Shown here piece after piece: positions 19,060 through 28,881 of a stretch of 64,000 nt of DNA. How positions within the stretch are numbered: the first letter of the stretch is position 1; the number at the start of each line of letters is the position of its first letter. This DNA is from a virus (lineage: Duplodnaviria; Caudoviricetes), in the IMG/VR virus record IMGVR_UViG_3300031813_000005, positions 1 to 64,000 of that record. One strand, 5' to 3'. A program made the position numbers and the translations under genes. Below the pieces are notes generated by a model. It worked only from the letters and a program-made list of their open reading frames with translations. It did no database searches and was not told the DNA's origin.

Positions 19060-19515
19060 CTATCTCCTGACGAAACTTGATGTATGAGGTACTTCTTTTA
19101 TTGGTGTAGCTGGGTCAATTGGTATTGCTTGTGTAGCAGTATTAATATGTACATCATTCTGTTTTAAATGATTTAATAACTCTTCTGGGTCTTGAAAGTA
19201 ATCTGGATATTTTTGAGCAAGCTCTTGTTTTATTATATTTACATTTGGTATAATACTTGGAGCTTTCATTGAAAGGTCTGTTAATTTTATAAATAATGGT
19301 TGAACAACATTTTGCCAATCAGCTGGAGGATTAGTGTTTATAAGAGTTCTAATATTTCCAATTAGTTTAAATGCTTCAGCTTCAGCAACAGCCGGTGAAA
19401 ACATAGAGGCTCTTCCCATAGCTTCCATTATATTAGCATCTTTTATGATTTCAGATATAATATCTTCTACATTTTTTATAGAAACAAATTCAAAAATTGA
19501 TAGGCGCGTTGTCAT
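19060..19515 (-). CDS. Hypothetical protein
   Basis: 151 aa preceded by the late motif; candidate xxE-A site (IMEA). Confidence 0.7.
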   Translation of the reverse strand: MTTRLSIFEFVSIKNVEDIISEIIKDANIMEAMGRASMFSPAVAEAEAFKLIGNIRTLINTNPPADWQNVVQPLFIKLTDLSMKAPSIIPNVNIIKQELAQKYPDYFQDPEELLNHLKQNDVHINTATQAIPIDPATPIKEVPHTSSFVRR

Positions 19516-19536
19516 AATGTATCTCTATTATTTAAT

Positions 19537-22500
19537 TTACGATGTTGAGAAATATTCTACTTCTATTGTATTGCCAGAAACAAGCCCGAGAGAAATATTT
19601 GGATTTAAAGCTATTGAAGCTATTGTATTAGAGCCTTCTATTCTAAATAAGAAAGTCCAATCTCTCTTATAAACTGTTGTAATTCCATTTACTATAACAA
19701 CTACATTTGGTGCCGCAACATCATACAAACCAAAAGGTTGATATTGAATAGGATTAGAACTTGAATTAATATAATTTGCTAATATTTGAGTTCCATTATA
19801 CCAAGCAACACAAGGAACTTCTCCAGTATGTGGTAAATCGTACAAATATCTATTTCCTTCTTGGATTATAGCTATATCTCCAGAAGTTAATGTATAATTT
19901 AGAGTTCTTGCGTATAAAGGGCTTGGTAATGGATTACTGCTTTGACCTGGAAGTTCTTCATATTCAACTGTTATAATATCTCCTATATCAATAGGGTCTA
20001 AAACAGTTATTGATTTAATAGCAGAATATCCTAATGTCCAACTTGTTCCATATTGTAATAAAATACCATTTAAGAATAGTTTAATATTTGGAAAAACATT
20101 TATTCCGTAAGCTGCTGAAGAATAAAAACCAAAAGCTACGCTTTGACCGGAGTCTACTCCTGACCAGACTACCCAAATATTAGATTGAGATAAGTTATAT
20201 GTCGTAATAGTATTATCAACAACAGTAAAAGTATCAGTTACTGGAACTAATCCAGTTACTAATAAGCTTAAAGCATCTAATCCTTCATTTATGCCAGGTA
20301 TTGTTGAAGGATTTAAATTCGTTGGCATATTTCCAGCATATAAAGATGTTTTTATATTATATTCTGTAGGAGATACTTCTGTAAAATAGGTTGATTGATT
20401 TGTACCAGAAGAGGCATTATCATAATAAGTGTCTGAAGATGGGAAAGTTAATCCATATCCAGTAGAATTGATAGTAGCTTTTTGACCAATACCGGACTCT
20501 AATATTGGAACAACCTGTAAATCGTCGGAAAATCCAGGAGAGAAGTAAGATAAAGATACATCTGTACCATCAGATAAAACATATTTATAATTATCTACTC
20601 TTGGTGGAGTACTTGTATCAACAGCATAATCAGTAGACTGTTCAGATCTATTAAAAGCTGGAACTTCATTTCTAAATACTTGTAAATTATCTCTTCTACT
20701 TTGTATGTATGGAACAGAGGCTAATTTACAAGAACTTCTATTCCATATATTAGCTCTATTAGAGTTTATTGTTCTTGAAACTAAAAACTGATTTGGGTCA
20801 CTGGGATTATATAATTGTAATGCCGCTGCCCATTGATCGGAATTAGTATCTTTTAATTGAGCGGCTTCAGAAGTATCAATAGATGTATATGGTATTTCTG
20901 ACTCTGTTGTAGAAGAAACATTATAATAATTTCCCCACCAATTGTTTGTAATTACTTGATCGCCCAAATATACTGCTGTATATTCTGGTGAATATACTTC
21001 CCATTGAGTTTTATCTAATCTATTTAACGGATTTCTTGAAACTACGTTATGACCATCTACGAGTTGATTTTTTAAATAGCTTCTGTTATAAATATTAGTT
21101 GGTGTTCTAAACTTTTTAGTTCCTATTACAGTTTTTTGTTGTGTTCCGCCATTTAAAATGTTAACAGAACTTACTTGTGTTGGCATAACACTTTCAAGTG
21201 TAGGATTTTTAGTAGTATTTGTTAAAGTTTGTCTTGTAAACTTATGATTTATTCTTGTAGTATATCTAAAGCCTCTTATTGGTATACCATTTTCTGTTTC
21301 ATCACTATATGTTATTCTCGATAAATATAAAATATGTAATTTGCTATTTAATAAAAAAGTATAATCAGTAGCATTTCCTACTTTTGGTGCTATTGTAGAA
21401 GAATTGAGATATATATTATTAGTGTTATCAAAATAATAATCTATATTATGAGTTAAAATATTAGAATATGTAGTACTTTCTATTGTTGTTTCTAATACAA
21501 CCATAAAAGTGTTATCATATAAACTCTTAAATAATGCTGTATTAGTCATACTTGAACTCAATACAGATGAATTAAAGATAGAAAGTGCCTGTAAATCCCA
21601 AGGTCTGGAAGGTAAAGTACTTGTAGTAGTTGGTGGGAGCAAAGCCTGTGTATCATATGTGGTAGATACAATAGACCTATAAGGTTGGGTAGTAGAACTA
21701 ACACTTGAAATAACAGAACTTGTTAACCCTGGAATATAGTTAGTGGCTAATATTTTATCATATCCATTACTATCAGGTGTTGTAGTTTGATTTATAAAAT
21801 CAGTTATACCTTGTTGAGAAGAAAACATAGATTTAAAGTCTAAAACTGGGTCTGATAATAAATTAGATATATTATATTGTAATACATCATGTCCTGGATT
21901 ATAGATAGTAAATACACCAGGATTATTAACAGTAGCTTCAATAGTTCCAGTCATGTCAGTAAACATGTAATTATTTGTTCCGATAACTGGAGTAAACCCA
22001 ATTAAATCTTCTAAAGTATAAATATTATTTCCAATAGAAGCTATAGATATTAAAGTTGAATTGTCTCCAACAGGAAATGTCTTTACTGGCATAGATTTTT
22101 TAGCTATATCATACAAAGAGCTTTCTTCGTTTGGAGTTAATGAAGATAAATCTATTGTTTTATATATACTTGTAATAACACCACGATTATCTAATTGGCT
22201 TATTGGCGCTTCTTCATTTTCTGGTATTACATCTACTGCTGGAGTAGTACTATAAGTAATAGTATTTTCAGCTCTATCCATAGTCATAACTACAGCAGAG
22301 TCTAATTCTTCCTGGACATTAAAAATATCACTATTTATAGCCGTCTGGTCATAAATAAACTCAGATACATCATAGCGAACTTCCAAGTTTTCTATAAATA
22401 CATGAAAAGGCTTAAATTGAAGCAATAAATCTAATGCCCCACTAAAATTATTTTCTTTTACGGTCCCATCAGGATTTTGTGCGTCTAAATCATTGTTATA

Positions 22501-23226
22501 TTGAAGAACAACATTTATTCTCGGCAGTTTAGCATATCTGGCTAATGAGTATTGTCCAGTCAAATTATTATATCTACTTGTCGTACTTGAGGGAGTAAAT
22601 ACTAATGTTCGGGTATTCGTGACTATTCTTGGTCTTATTACATTACCAGTAGGGCTTAATTTAACCATACCAGTAAAATTAAAAGCATCAAATTGGTCGC
22701 TTTCGGCCTTACCTGGTAGTAATTCGCCTTCTAAACTTGTTAAAACGTTTCTAAACCATGGTTTTGTTGTTATATTTGTTGGTGTATTATTAAAAATACG
22801 CTCTTTAGGGACTATATCTCCAATATGGTCCCTATACATTTCACTCATAAATACAGAATAGCCTACAAGCTTTTCAGCTAATAATAATCCTCTTTTAGTC
22901 CCACGAATTTTATATAAAAGAGGAGCAGCTTTTATTTGCTCTCTCCATAAAGCTGGATCTGAACCTTGTAAGGTCCAACCAACCATTCCAGCTAAAAACC
23001 TTAAATATTTTTCTGGGCATAAATCCGGATCAAAAAGTTCATCCATATATACTATTTTATTATAAAAATAGTAATACATATGTTGTGCCATAGTATATAA
23101 TACTATTTGTAAGGATTTTCCATACTGGTCATCAGCATCTCTCCATACAGAGGGAACCATATTCCACACAATTGTATAGAAATCACCAAAGGTCAATTTT
23201 TGATACTTACCAGAGTTTAAAGCCAT
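19537..23226 (-). CDS. Large baseplate wedge protein (P2 gpI / T4 gp7-like N-terminus)
   Basis: LFDPDLCPEKYLRFLAGMVGW...REQIKAAPLLYKIRGTKRGL and FKPFHV motifs; C-terminal NG-type beta modules. Confidence 0.8.
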   Translation of the reverse strand: MALNSGKYQKLTFGDFYTIVWNMVPSVWRDADDQYGKSLQIVLYTMAQHMYYYFYNKIVYMDELFDPDLCPEKYLRFLAGMVGWTLQGSDPALWREQIKAAPLLYKIRGTKRGLLLAEKLVGYSVFMSEMYRDHIGDIVPKERIFNNTPTNITTKPWFRNVLTSLEGELLPGKAESDQFDAFNFTGMVKLSPTGNVIRPRIVTNTRTLVFTPSSTTSRYNNLTGQYSLARYAKLPRINVVLQYNNDLDAQNPDGTVKENNFSGALDLLLQFKPFHVFIENLEVRYDVSEFIYDQTAINSDIFNVQEELDSAVVMTMDRAENTITYSTTPAVDVIPENEEAPISQLDNRGVITSIYKTIDLSSLTPNEESSLYDIAKKSMPVKTFPVGDNSTLISIASIGNNIYTLEDLIGFTPVIGTNNYMFTDMTGTIEATVNNPGVFTIYNPGHDVLQYNISNLLSDPVLDFKSMFSSQQGITDFINQTTTPDSNGYDKILATNYIPGLTSSVISSVSSTTQPYRSIVSTTYDTQALLPPTTTSTLPSRPWDLQALSIFNSSVLSSSMTNTALFKSLYDNTFMVVLETTIESTTYSNILTHNIDYYFDNTNNIYLNSSTIAPKVGNATDYTFLLNSKLHILYLSRITYSDETENGIPIRGFRYTTRINHKFTRQTLTNTTKNPTLESVMPTQVSSVNILNGGTQQKTVIGTKKFRTPTNIYNRSYLKNQLVDGHNVVSRNPLNRLDKTQWEVYSPEYTAVYLGDQVITNNWWGNYYNVSSTTESEIPYTSIDTSEAAQLKDTNSDQWAAALQLYNPSDPNQFLVSRTINSNRANIWNRSSCKLASVPYIQSRRDNLQVFRNEVPAFNRSEQSTDYAVDTSTPPRVDNYKYVLSDGTDVSLSYFSPGFSDDLQVVPILESGIGQKATINSTGYGLTFPSSDTYYDNASSGTNQSTYFTEVSPTEYNIKTSLYAGNMPTNLNPSTIPGINEGLDALSLLVTGLVPVTDTFTVVDNTITTYNLSQSNIWVVWSGVDSGQSVAFGFYSSAAYGINVFPNIKLFLNGILLQYGTSWTLGYSAIKSITVLDPIDIGDIITVEYEELPGQSSNPLPSPLYARTLNYTLTSGDIAIIQEGNRYLYDLPHTGEVPCVAWYNGTQILANYINSSSNPIQYQPFGLYDVAAPNVVVIVNGITTVYKRDWTFLFRIEGSNTIASIALNPNISLGLVSGNTIEVEYFSTS

Positions 23227-23858
23227 TATACACCAGTAGCACCAGTTGGGCCAGTAGCACCAGTTGGGCCAGATAAAACTATTCCTGTATTTATACCAAA
23301 TAATCTTGCTGTTCCAGAAAAGAATATAGTGTTTGTTCCCGTTTTAACTGCTAATGGTGCTCTTGAAATATTTCCGCTGCTTATTCCTGGAGTGCTTGTT
23401 AAATATGTAGCGTCTGAATTAGGGACATTAAGATACAAATATTCTCCATTAGCATCACCAGTCCAAAGAGGCGCTACAGGATATACAAAGTTTGGGCAGA
23501 AAGTACATACTACTATATTTGAATATAACCCAGAAATTGGATTAAACTCTGCTTCCGCAACTACAATACCATATCTGCTATAAGGAGGGTCTGTTATTGT
23601 CGAAGCTACCAGAGTTTCTCCATCTTGTATTCTACCAATTTCATATAATTGAAAAACATGTGTTTGATTTGCTGGATTTACAATACTAACTAATCCACCC
23701 CAAGATTGTAATTCAGCTACAGTACTGGCTAAATCAAAAGCAGATTGAGCTGGTCTATTTAAATTACCATAATAAGGAGCTTCATCTCGTAAAAGAGGTA
23801 AAAACTCTGCGTCTGGTATTGTTTGAGAAGCGCTATAATGTACAATCTTATTATCCAT
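23226..23858 (-). CDS. Putative virion protein (NRP-motif family) with short C-terminal collagen stub
   Basis: LNRP motif; ends GPTGATGPTGATGV, encoded by an exact 18-bp duplication at 23233-23268. Confidence 0.65.
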   Translation of the reverse strand: MDNKIVHYSASQTIPDAEFLPLLRDEAPYYGNLNRPAQSAFDLASTVAELQSWGGLVSIVNPANQTHVFQLYEIGRIQDGETLVASTITDPPYSRYGIVVAEAEFNPISGLYSNIVVCTFCPNFVYPVAPLWTGDANGEYLYLNVPNSDATYLTSTPGISSGNISRAPLAVKTGTNTIFFSGTARLFGINTGIVLSGPTGATGPTGATGV

Positions 23859-23864
23859 TTTTAA

Positions 23865-26462
23865 TTATCCTATTCTTGCCATACTTAAATATTGGTCAAT
23901 AGCGTTTGTTCCAGTTAAATCGCTATTAACTTTAGCACCAACAACTAACGTATCTCCAGGATTTAATACTACAATAGATGATACAGAAGAGGTTGGTCTT
24001 GCGGAAAGTGAACCAGAAAATTGTTCCTCGGATGACGCAACAATAGTAGTATTTACTAAAATATTACAACTTGTTCTCCACTGCTGGTTTCCGCCTCCAG
24101 GACCTACCTGTTGATACCAAGAAGCTCCAGCGTTTATTTGTAATACTATTGGATGAGCATTAGATGCTTTATATAGTAAACCACCAGCTCCTGGTGTAAA
24201 TAACGAAGATAAATTAGTTTGCGTATCTGCTCCAGCGTCTGTTCCAGAAGTAGCAAAAGCACAAGAATACGTAATACTACCTACAGTTATAAGAGAACCA
24301 GGAGCATTTTTTTGGTTCCAAATAGCATAAAACGGAGTTACTGTAGCGGCTGTTACGGAAGCAACTGCGGCATCTACATAACCTTTTGTTGGGATAGATA
24401 ATGCGGCATCAGTATTTACAGAAGCTCTTGTTAATAATACTGGAGCTAATGGAGAACTTATAGTTAAAGCACTATTATCCATAGTAAAATCAACTGGGGA
24501 GCCTGTTGTAGTAGTTAACCTTAAATTAACACTATCAGACAACACATTTTCTAACTCAAGTTGGACACCAGTATCTCCAGGAGCGCCTGTAATAGTTATT
24601 TGTCCAGTTATATTTTGTGGTATAGTTGGATTAGCTGGAGATGTTTGTACAAAAGCTCCAGTTGAAGAAACTTGTTCGTAATAACTGTATAAAAAATCTT
24701 TACTTACGGCTTCTCTAATTCCTTGTAAATTAGTTAAAACGCTGTTTGATGTGTTCCAAGCAGTATTTCCTACCTTTACAATTTGATAATCTGTCCCATC
24801 AGATTGAAAAACATTAATGGGATTTGCGGATAAAATATCTGCTGTATTTATACTATTAAATACTAATACTTGTGAAGTTGATATTTGGCTGTTAGTGACA
24901 TCAAAATCAAGTTTACCTGTAATTGGAGCAGTAGATATATTTCCAGAGGCGTCTTTATTAGTTGTTCCAGTTAAAGGAACTTTTGTATTAGCAGAAGATG
25001 CTATACTCAATACCTGAGTATCTACATATTTTTTTGAAGTTAGTTCAGCATCTAATACAGGATTTTTTTGGTTTGTTAAAATACCATTACCAGAACTTAA
25101 ATTAATATATCCATCAGAAGAAAGAGCAATATTTGATGGTATAGACGTATTTGATTTAGCAGAAATTAGTAAAGTAAAACTGTTAGAATAATCATTTATG
25201 CCGTTTGTAGTAAAATTAGCATTTGATTGTATTAATTGGTCTTGTGATACTGTATTCCTTGTAGTAGTTAGAGCAGAATTATCCTGGACACCGCCAATAT
25301 AACCACCGGCGGTGTTAAAATAATCAGCAATAGTAATACCGGTAGTATCAGTAATTGGTAATAGATTAGCTGGTTGGTTTGTTGAAGCAAGTATTTTATC
25401 TCCTACAGTTATAGGAGTATTATTAAATTGTAAACCAATAGGAACTGGAGTAGAGGAAACTCTATCTTGAAAAATAAGTTTAGTGCTAATATCTTGTGTT
25501 AATTCTGATATGCTATTTGAATATGTTGAAGTATGTATTAAGTTTAAAGAAGTAAAATCTAATAAACTTCTTACATTTATACCAGCTGTTAAATATGTTT
25601 GAGAAGCCCCTGTGAAAGTAGTTATGGAAGGGGTTAAAAAGTGTATTTCATTAAGTTGAGCTTCTAATACCGGAGCTAAAAATAATCCAGTAGATTGGTC
25701 AAAATCTAATTCCGAAGAAGAAAAATATATTGGTACAGAATAAGAATTAGAACTTATAGCTCCATAACTATTAACATATTCAGCATAATTATAAGAAGAG
25801 CCTACATCATTAATGTTTACAGACTTAAATACTGTGTTCGAAGTAGAATTAGCTCTTTGAACTGTTATTAATCCAGAAGTCGAGTCGTCTCTATTTTTAG
25901 CTAAATAAAAATTATTTCCTAAAATACTAACTTGGTTTCCACCAAAAACTATACTATTAGGGCCTAATATTTTACCAACGTATAAAGATTGATAACCAGA
26001 CGAAGCATAAGCCAAATCATAGTACATTTGGTCAACTAAAACACCGCCAGGGCCAACTTTTAATAATCTTCCTTGAGAACCAGAAACAAAGGATGCGAAT
26101 TTGCTGGTTAAAGTTATGCCAGCAGAAAAGGATAGACATTGATAAGTGTTTGTATCTATATTATATCCAAGAATTAATACAATTGGCAAGGTAGTATAAT
26201 CAATTTCAATAATAGATTTAGATATGTCTATTGGGATTAATAAGCTATTTGTACCAATACAAGCACAAGTAAATGTAGAAAATCCGCCAGCCGGTAGTTG
26301 AGAAGGATCTGCCGCTATTTCAGAATAAAAGCCAGAGTTTTCTAATAAACCTACTATTTCTTGAATATTGTTTTGTATATCTAATAGTGGTCTATTGTCT
26401 ACATCAACATCGTATGGTTCAAACTCTTGATAAACATTAACAGGTTTTAGATTTATTGGCAT
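23865..26462 (-). CDS. Putative tail fibre/baseplate-attached protein
   Basis: YDVDVDNRPL N-terminus; ELTSKKYVD, AVSKDFL and PTKGYVD fibre-shaft motifs; beta-sandwich C-terminus (SIVVLNPGDTLVV). Start set at ATG 26462. Confidence 0.7.
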   Translation of the reverse strand: MPINLKPVNVYQEFEPYDVDVDNRPLLDIQNNIQEIVGLLENSGFYSEIAADPSQLPAGGFSTFTCACIGTNSLLIPIDISKSIIEIDYTTLPIVLILGYNIDTNTYQCLSFSAGITLTSKFASFVSGSQGRLLKVGPGGVLVDQMYYDLAYASSGYQSLYVGKILGPNSIVFGGNQVSILGNNFYLAKNRDDSTSGLITVQRANSTSNTVFKSVNINDVGSSYNYAEYVNSYGAISSNSYSVPIYFSSSELDFDQSTGLFLAPVLEAQLNEIHFLTPSITTFTGASQTYLTAGINVRSLLDFTSLNLIHTSTYSNSISELTQDISTKLIFQDRVSSTPVPIGLQFNNTPITVGDKILASTNQPANLLPITDTTGITIADYFNTAGGYIGGVQDNSALTTTRNTVSQDQLIQSNANFTTNGINDYSNSFTLLISAKSNTSIPSNIALSSDGYINLSSGNGILTNQKNPVLDAELTSKKYVDTQVLSIASSANTKVPLTGTTNKDASGNISTAPITGKLDFDVTNSQISTSQVLVFNSINTADILSANPINVFQSDGTDYQIVKVGNTAWNTSNSVLTNLQGIREAVSKDFLYSYYEQVSSTGAFVQTSPANPTIPQNITGQITITGAPGDTGVQLELENVLSDSVNLRLTTTTGSPVDFTMDNSALTISSPLAPVLLTRASVNTDAALSIPTKGYVDAAVASVTAATVTPFYAIWNQKNAPGSLITVGSITYSCAFATSGTDAGADTQTNLSSLFTPGAGGLLYKASNAHPIVLQINAGASWYQQVGPGGGNQQWRTSCNILVNTTIVASSEEQFSGSLSARPTSSVSSIVVLNPGDTLVVGAKVNSDLTGTNAIDQYLSMARIG

Positions 26463-26494
26463 GAAAAGTCTCACTCAAAATTAATTACCCTTAT

Positions 26495-26519
26495 ATAATA
26501 ATGGGCCAGACAGGCCCAT
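26495..26519 (-). terminator. Intrinsic terminator after the frameshift extension
   Basis: ATGGGCC-N5-GGCCCAT immediately after TAA 26521. Confidence 0.7.
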
Positions 26520-26520
26520 A

Positions 26521-26790
26521 TTATTTATATTGCTCTCTTTTGCTGTTTTCTATTTCTTCTTGTTTTTTTCTTTCAATCTCTTCTGCTACACTATAGTAAT
26601 TCATAAAATCTATTGGTGTAGCAAAATCTGTATACATAAACTCCATTTTTAAAACTACTCTTAAAAAAACTTGAAGTTGTATTATATCTTTATATGTTAA
26701 TCCATTATGAAAAAACTCTAATAAAATTGATTCGATAACGTTATAGTACTCTTGGGTAATAGGAATATCAAGGTTTAAGAAACTATTGAA
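26521..26790 (-). CDS. Frameshift extension of the gp26-like gene (gp51-like), or a 41-aa ORF from ATG 26646
   Basis: 89 open codons in the +1 frame starting at TTT-TTT-C and ending at TAA 26521; absent from the ORF track. Confidence 0.6.
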   Translation of the reverse strand, partial: FNSFLNLDIPITQEYYNVIESILLEFFHNGLTYKDIIQLQVFLRVVLKMEFMYTDFATPIDFMNYYSVAEEIERKKQEEIENSKREQYK

Positions 26791-27571
26791 AAAAGATGTC
26801 CGTGAACGGAATCACGAACTCCTGTTCTGTCTTACAAACTGGACAAATAGTAATAGCCTTACCAGATAAACCAAAATTATCATCTGGGTATGCTGATGTT
26901 ATTAAATTAGCCTCTGATGGGTCTAAATAGTCCAGAAGCTGTTCTTTGGGTACTTGGGCAGGCAAACCTGATATCGACATGATATGGGCCTTTAGAAGCT
27001 CGGTAAGAGGGTAGCTGGACATAGGTTGTCCAGTCTTGGCTGCTTGGTCTGCCGCTTGCTGAATAGCTTTATCTATTTTTAGATAATCTCCACGGGTTAG
27101 TGGTTTAACTTCTGCTACTACTTCATATCCAAAACGTTCTTTAAATCTTGGTAAAATAACAGTTTTAGATATTGGTAAAACTTCTTCCAAAAATGTTGTC
27201 TCTGCGTGTTCTGTTAAATCGTATTTAAAATTGTATTTAGTACCGCATTGTGGATTTTCACACCGTTTGGCACCACTGGCTTCAGAACCAGAAGTATAAA
27301 GTCTTGTTAAATATACAATATAATTATAATCTTGTAATAATAAGTTTGAAAAATCTATAGTTTCTTTAACGCAAGAAGCAATAGTTTGGTCAAATACTTT
27401 CTTATCTAATCTTCCAGAAGCTGTTAAATGCTTTAATTCTCTGATGGTAAGACCACGAATATTTATTTCTGCGGGAGTTTCAGAGAAAAAGCCAGCTGAT
27501 GGTAGTTTATGCGTATGGAATGGTGGTAGTAATGTCTTTAAATCAAAAGCTGGTTGTATCATGTTTGACAT
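26783..27571 (-). CDS. Baseplate hub assembly / tail assembly chaperone (T4 gp26-like)
   Basis: KLPSAGFF...IRGLTIRELKHL...LLLQDYNYIVYLTR, two Cys pairs (CENPQC, CPVC), ends IPFTDIFF. Confidence 0.75.
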   Translation of the reverse strand: MSNMIQPAFDLKTLLPPFHTHKLPSAGFFSETPAEINIRGLTIRELKHLTASGRLDKKVFDQTIASCVKETIDFSNLLLQDYNYIVYLTRLYTSGSEASGAKRCENPQCGTKYNFKYDLTEHAETTFLEEVLPISKTVILPRFKERFGYEVVAEVKPLTRGDYLKIDKAIQQAADQAAKTGQPMSSYPLTELLKAHIMSISGLPAQVPKEQLLDYLDPSEANLITSAYPDDNFGLSGKAITICPVCKTEQEFVIPFTDIFFQ

Positions 27572-27581
27572 GTAAACTCTG

Positions 27582-28847
27582 TTAAATCGTTATTAATACG
27601 GATGGGAATATTCCTGTGCTGGATAACAAAGCAGTTTCAGAGGACTGTCCATTTGTTATTACTCTATATTTATATGTTTCTAATCCAGAAATACTATAAG
27701 AGAAGAAGTCCCAAACTATAGTTCTGGTAGTTTCTCCACCTTGGCCCGAAATATTTAATGGATTAAATACTGTAGCAGTAGCTGCTATTTTACCAACAAG
27801 GTTAGCAGAAATTGTTTTATTATATTGATAGTATTTATCAATTTGAAAGTTTTTAAATAACTGAACGTTAGAACTATAATCAAATCCACCAGTAGAGGCA
27901 ATTTGTTGAAGTTCGTAGTTTTGAGAATTATAACTATAAGGAAGAGCAGTTGCGTATACAATAGAAGACCAAGTGCTTGCTACTCCACTTACAGATACGG
28001 AATCTGATGGAGAAACTCCAGTATTTATATAACTTGTATAACTTTCTTTGATTACTTTATTATCAAGAGCGCTACCATAGACAGTAGAGTCGGAAGACAG
28101 CGGAGCTATAGTAGTTAAATCAGAAGATAGCCCAACGTTCATTGGATTTACAACAGAGCTTACTCCATAATAATCAGACTGTCTAACAGTTCTTTTAATA
28201 TATTGCATAGGAGTGACTCCCATATCAATATACATTAATAAGTTTCTTAATCTTGTAAAACCATACATATTAGCATGATTATCTAATACAGCATTATTTA
28301 CTGCTATAGAAGCATCATTAGCAATAAGTTCTGCTGCTGTATTAACTTCGATATATGGTCCGTTTTTAATTCTACCTAAAATATAGTCTGTTGTTGTATT
28401 TGGTGTTGTTTTTACAACAATAGCTCCATTACCACCAGATTGCGTAGTTAAATAGCTACCAGAAGCTTGTCCAGCAGTTATCGAAGTTAAACCAATAACA
28501 TCTAAATCTAAATGCTTTGAAGACCAAATAACTCTATTTAAACCGGAGTCTGTAGCTCCAATAACAAGGCCAACAATATTCTGCATTAAATTAACAGAGG
28601 GGACTGTAATTGGATAAAAAATAGCTCCATTTGGTGCTAAAGAAACTACTGTTCCAGGAGCTAATTGGCCGCCAGCTAAAGAAGCGTGTTCACCATATCC
28701 TATACCAACAAGAGAAGTATTTATGTGTCTAATATTTGTATCTAAATTAGATAATGGCCTATTATCTACATCGTAAGAATAACCATCTGTTGATGTAAAA
28801 TATAATACTGGGCCTAAAACTGGAACTGAAGATGAGGAAGTTGTCAT
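27582..28847 (-). CDS. Putative virion protein (NRP-motif family)
   Basis: YSYDVDNRPLSNLDTNI N-terminal motif shared with 23865..26462. Confidence 0.7.
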   Translation of the reverse strand: MTTSSSSVPVLGPVLYFTSTDGYSYDVDNRPLSNLDTNIRHINTSLVGIGYGEHASLAGGQLAPGTVVSLAPNGAIFYPITVPSVNLMQNIVGLVIGATDSGLNRVIWSSKHLDLDVIGLTSITAGQASGSYLTTQSGGNGAIVVKTTPNTTTDYILGRIKNGPYIEVNTAAELIANDASIAVNNAVLDNHANMYGFTRLRNLLMYIDMGVTPMQYIKRTVRQSDYYGVSSVVNPMNVGLSSDLTTIAPLSSDSTVYGSALDNKVIKESYTSYINTGVSPSDSVSVSGVASTWSSIVYATALPYSYNSQNYELQQIASTGGFDYSSNVQLFKNFQIDKYYQYNKTISANLVGKIAATATVFNPLNISGQGGETTRTIVWDFFSYSISGLETYKYRVITNGQSSETALLSSTGIFPSVLITI

Positions 28848-28881
28848 TATTTTACCTATAAACTTATTTCTATCAAAACAA

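Noticed and set aside
26771-26785. TAG readthrough or alternative genetic code
   Set aside because: Readthrough meets TGA after three more codons, and core genes are full length under code 11.
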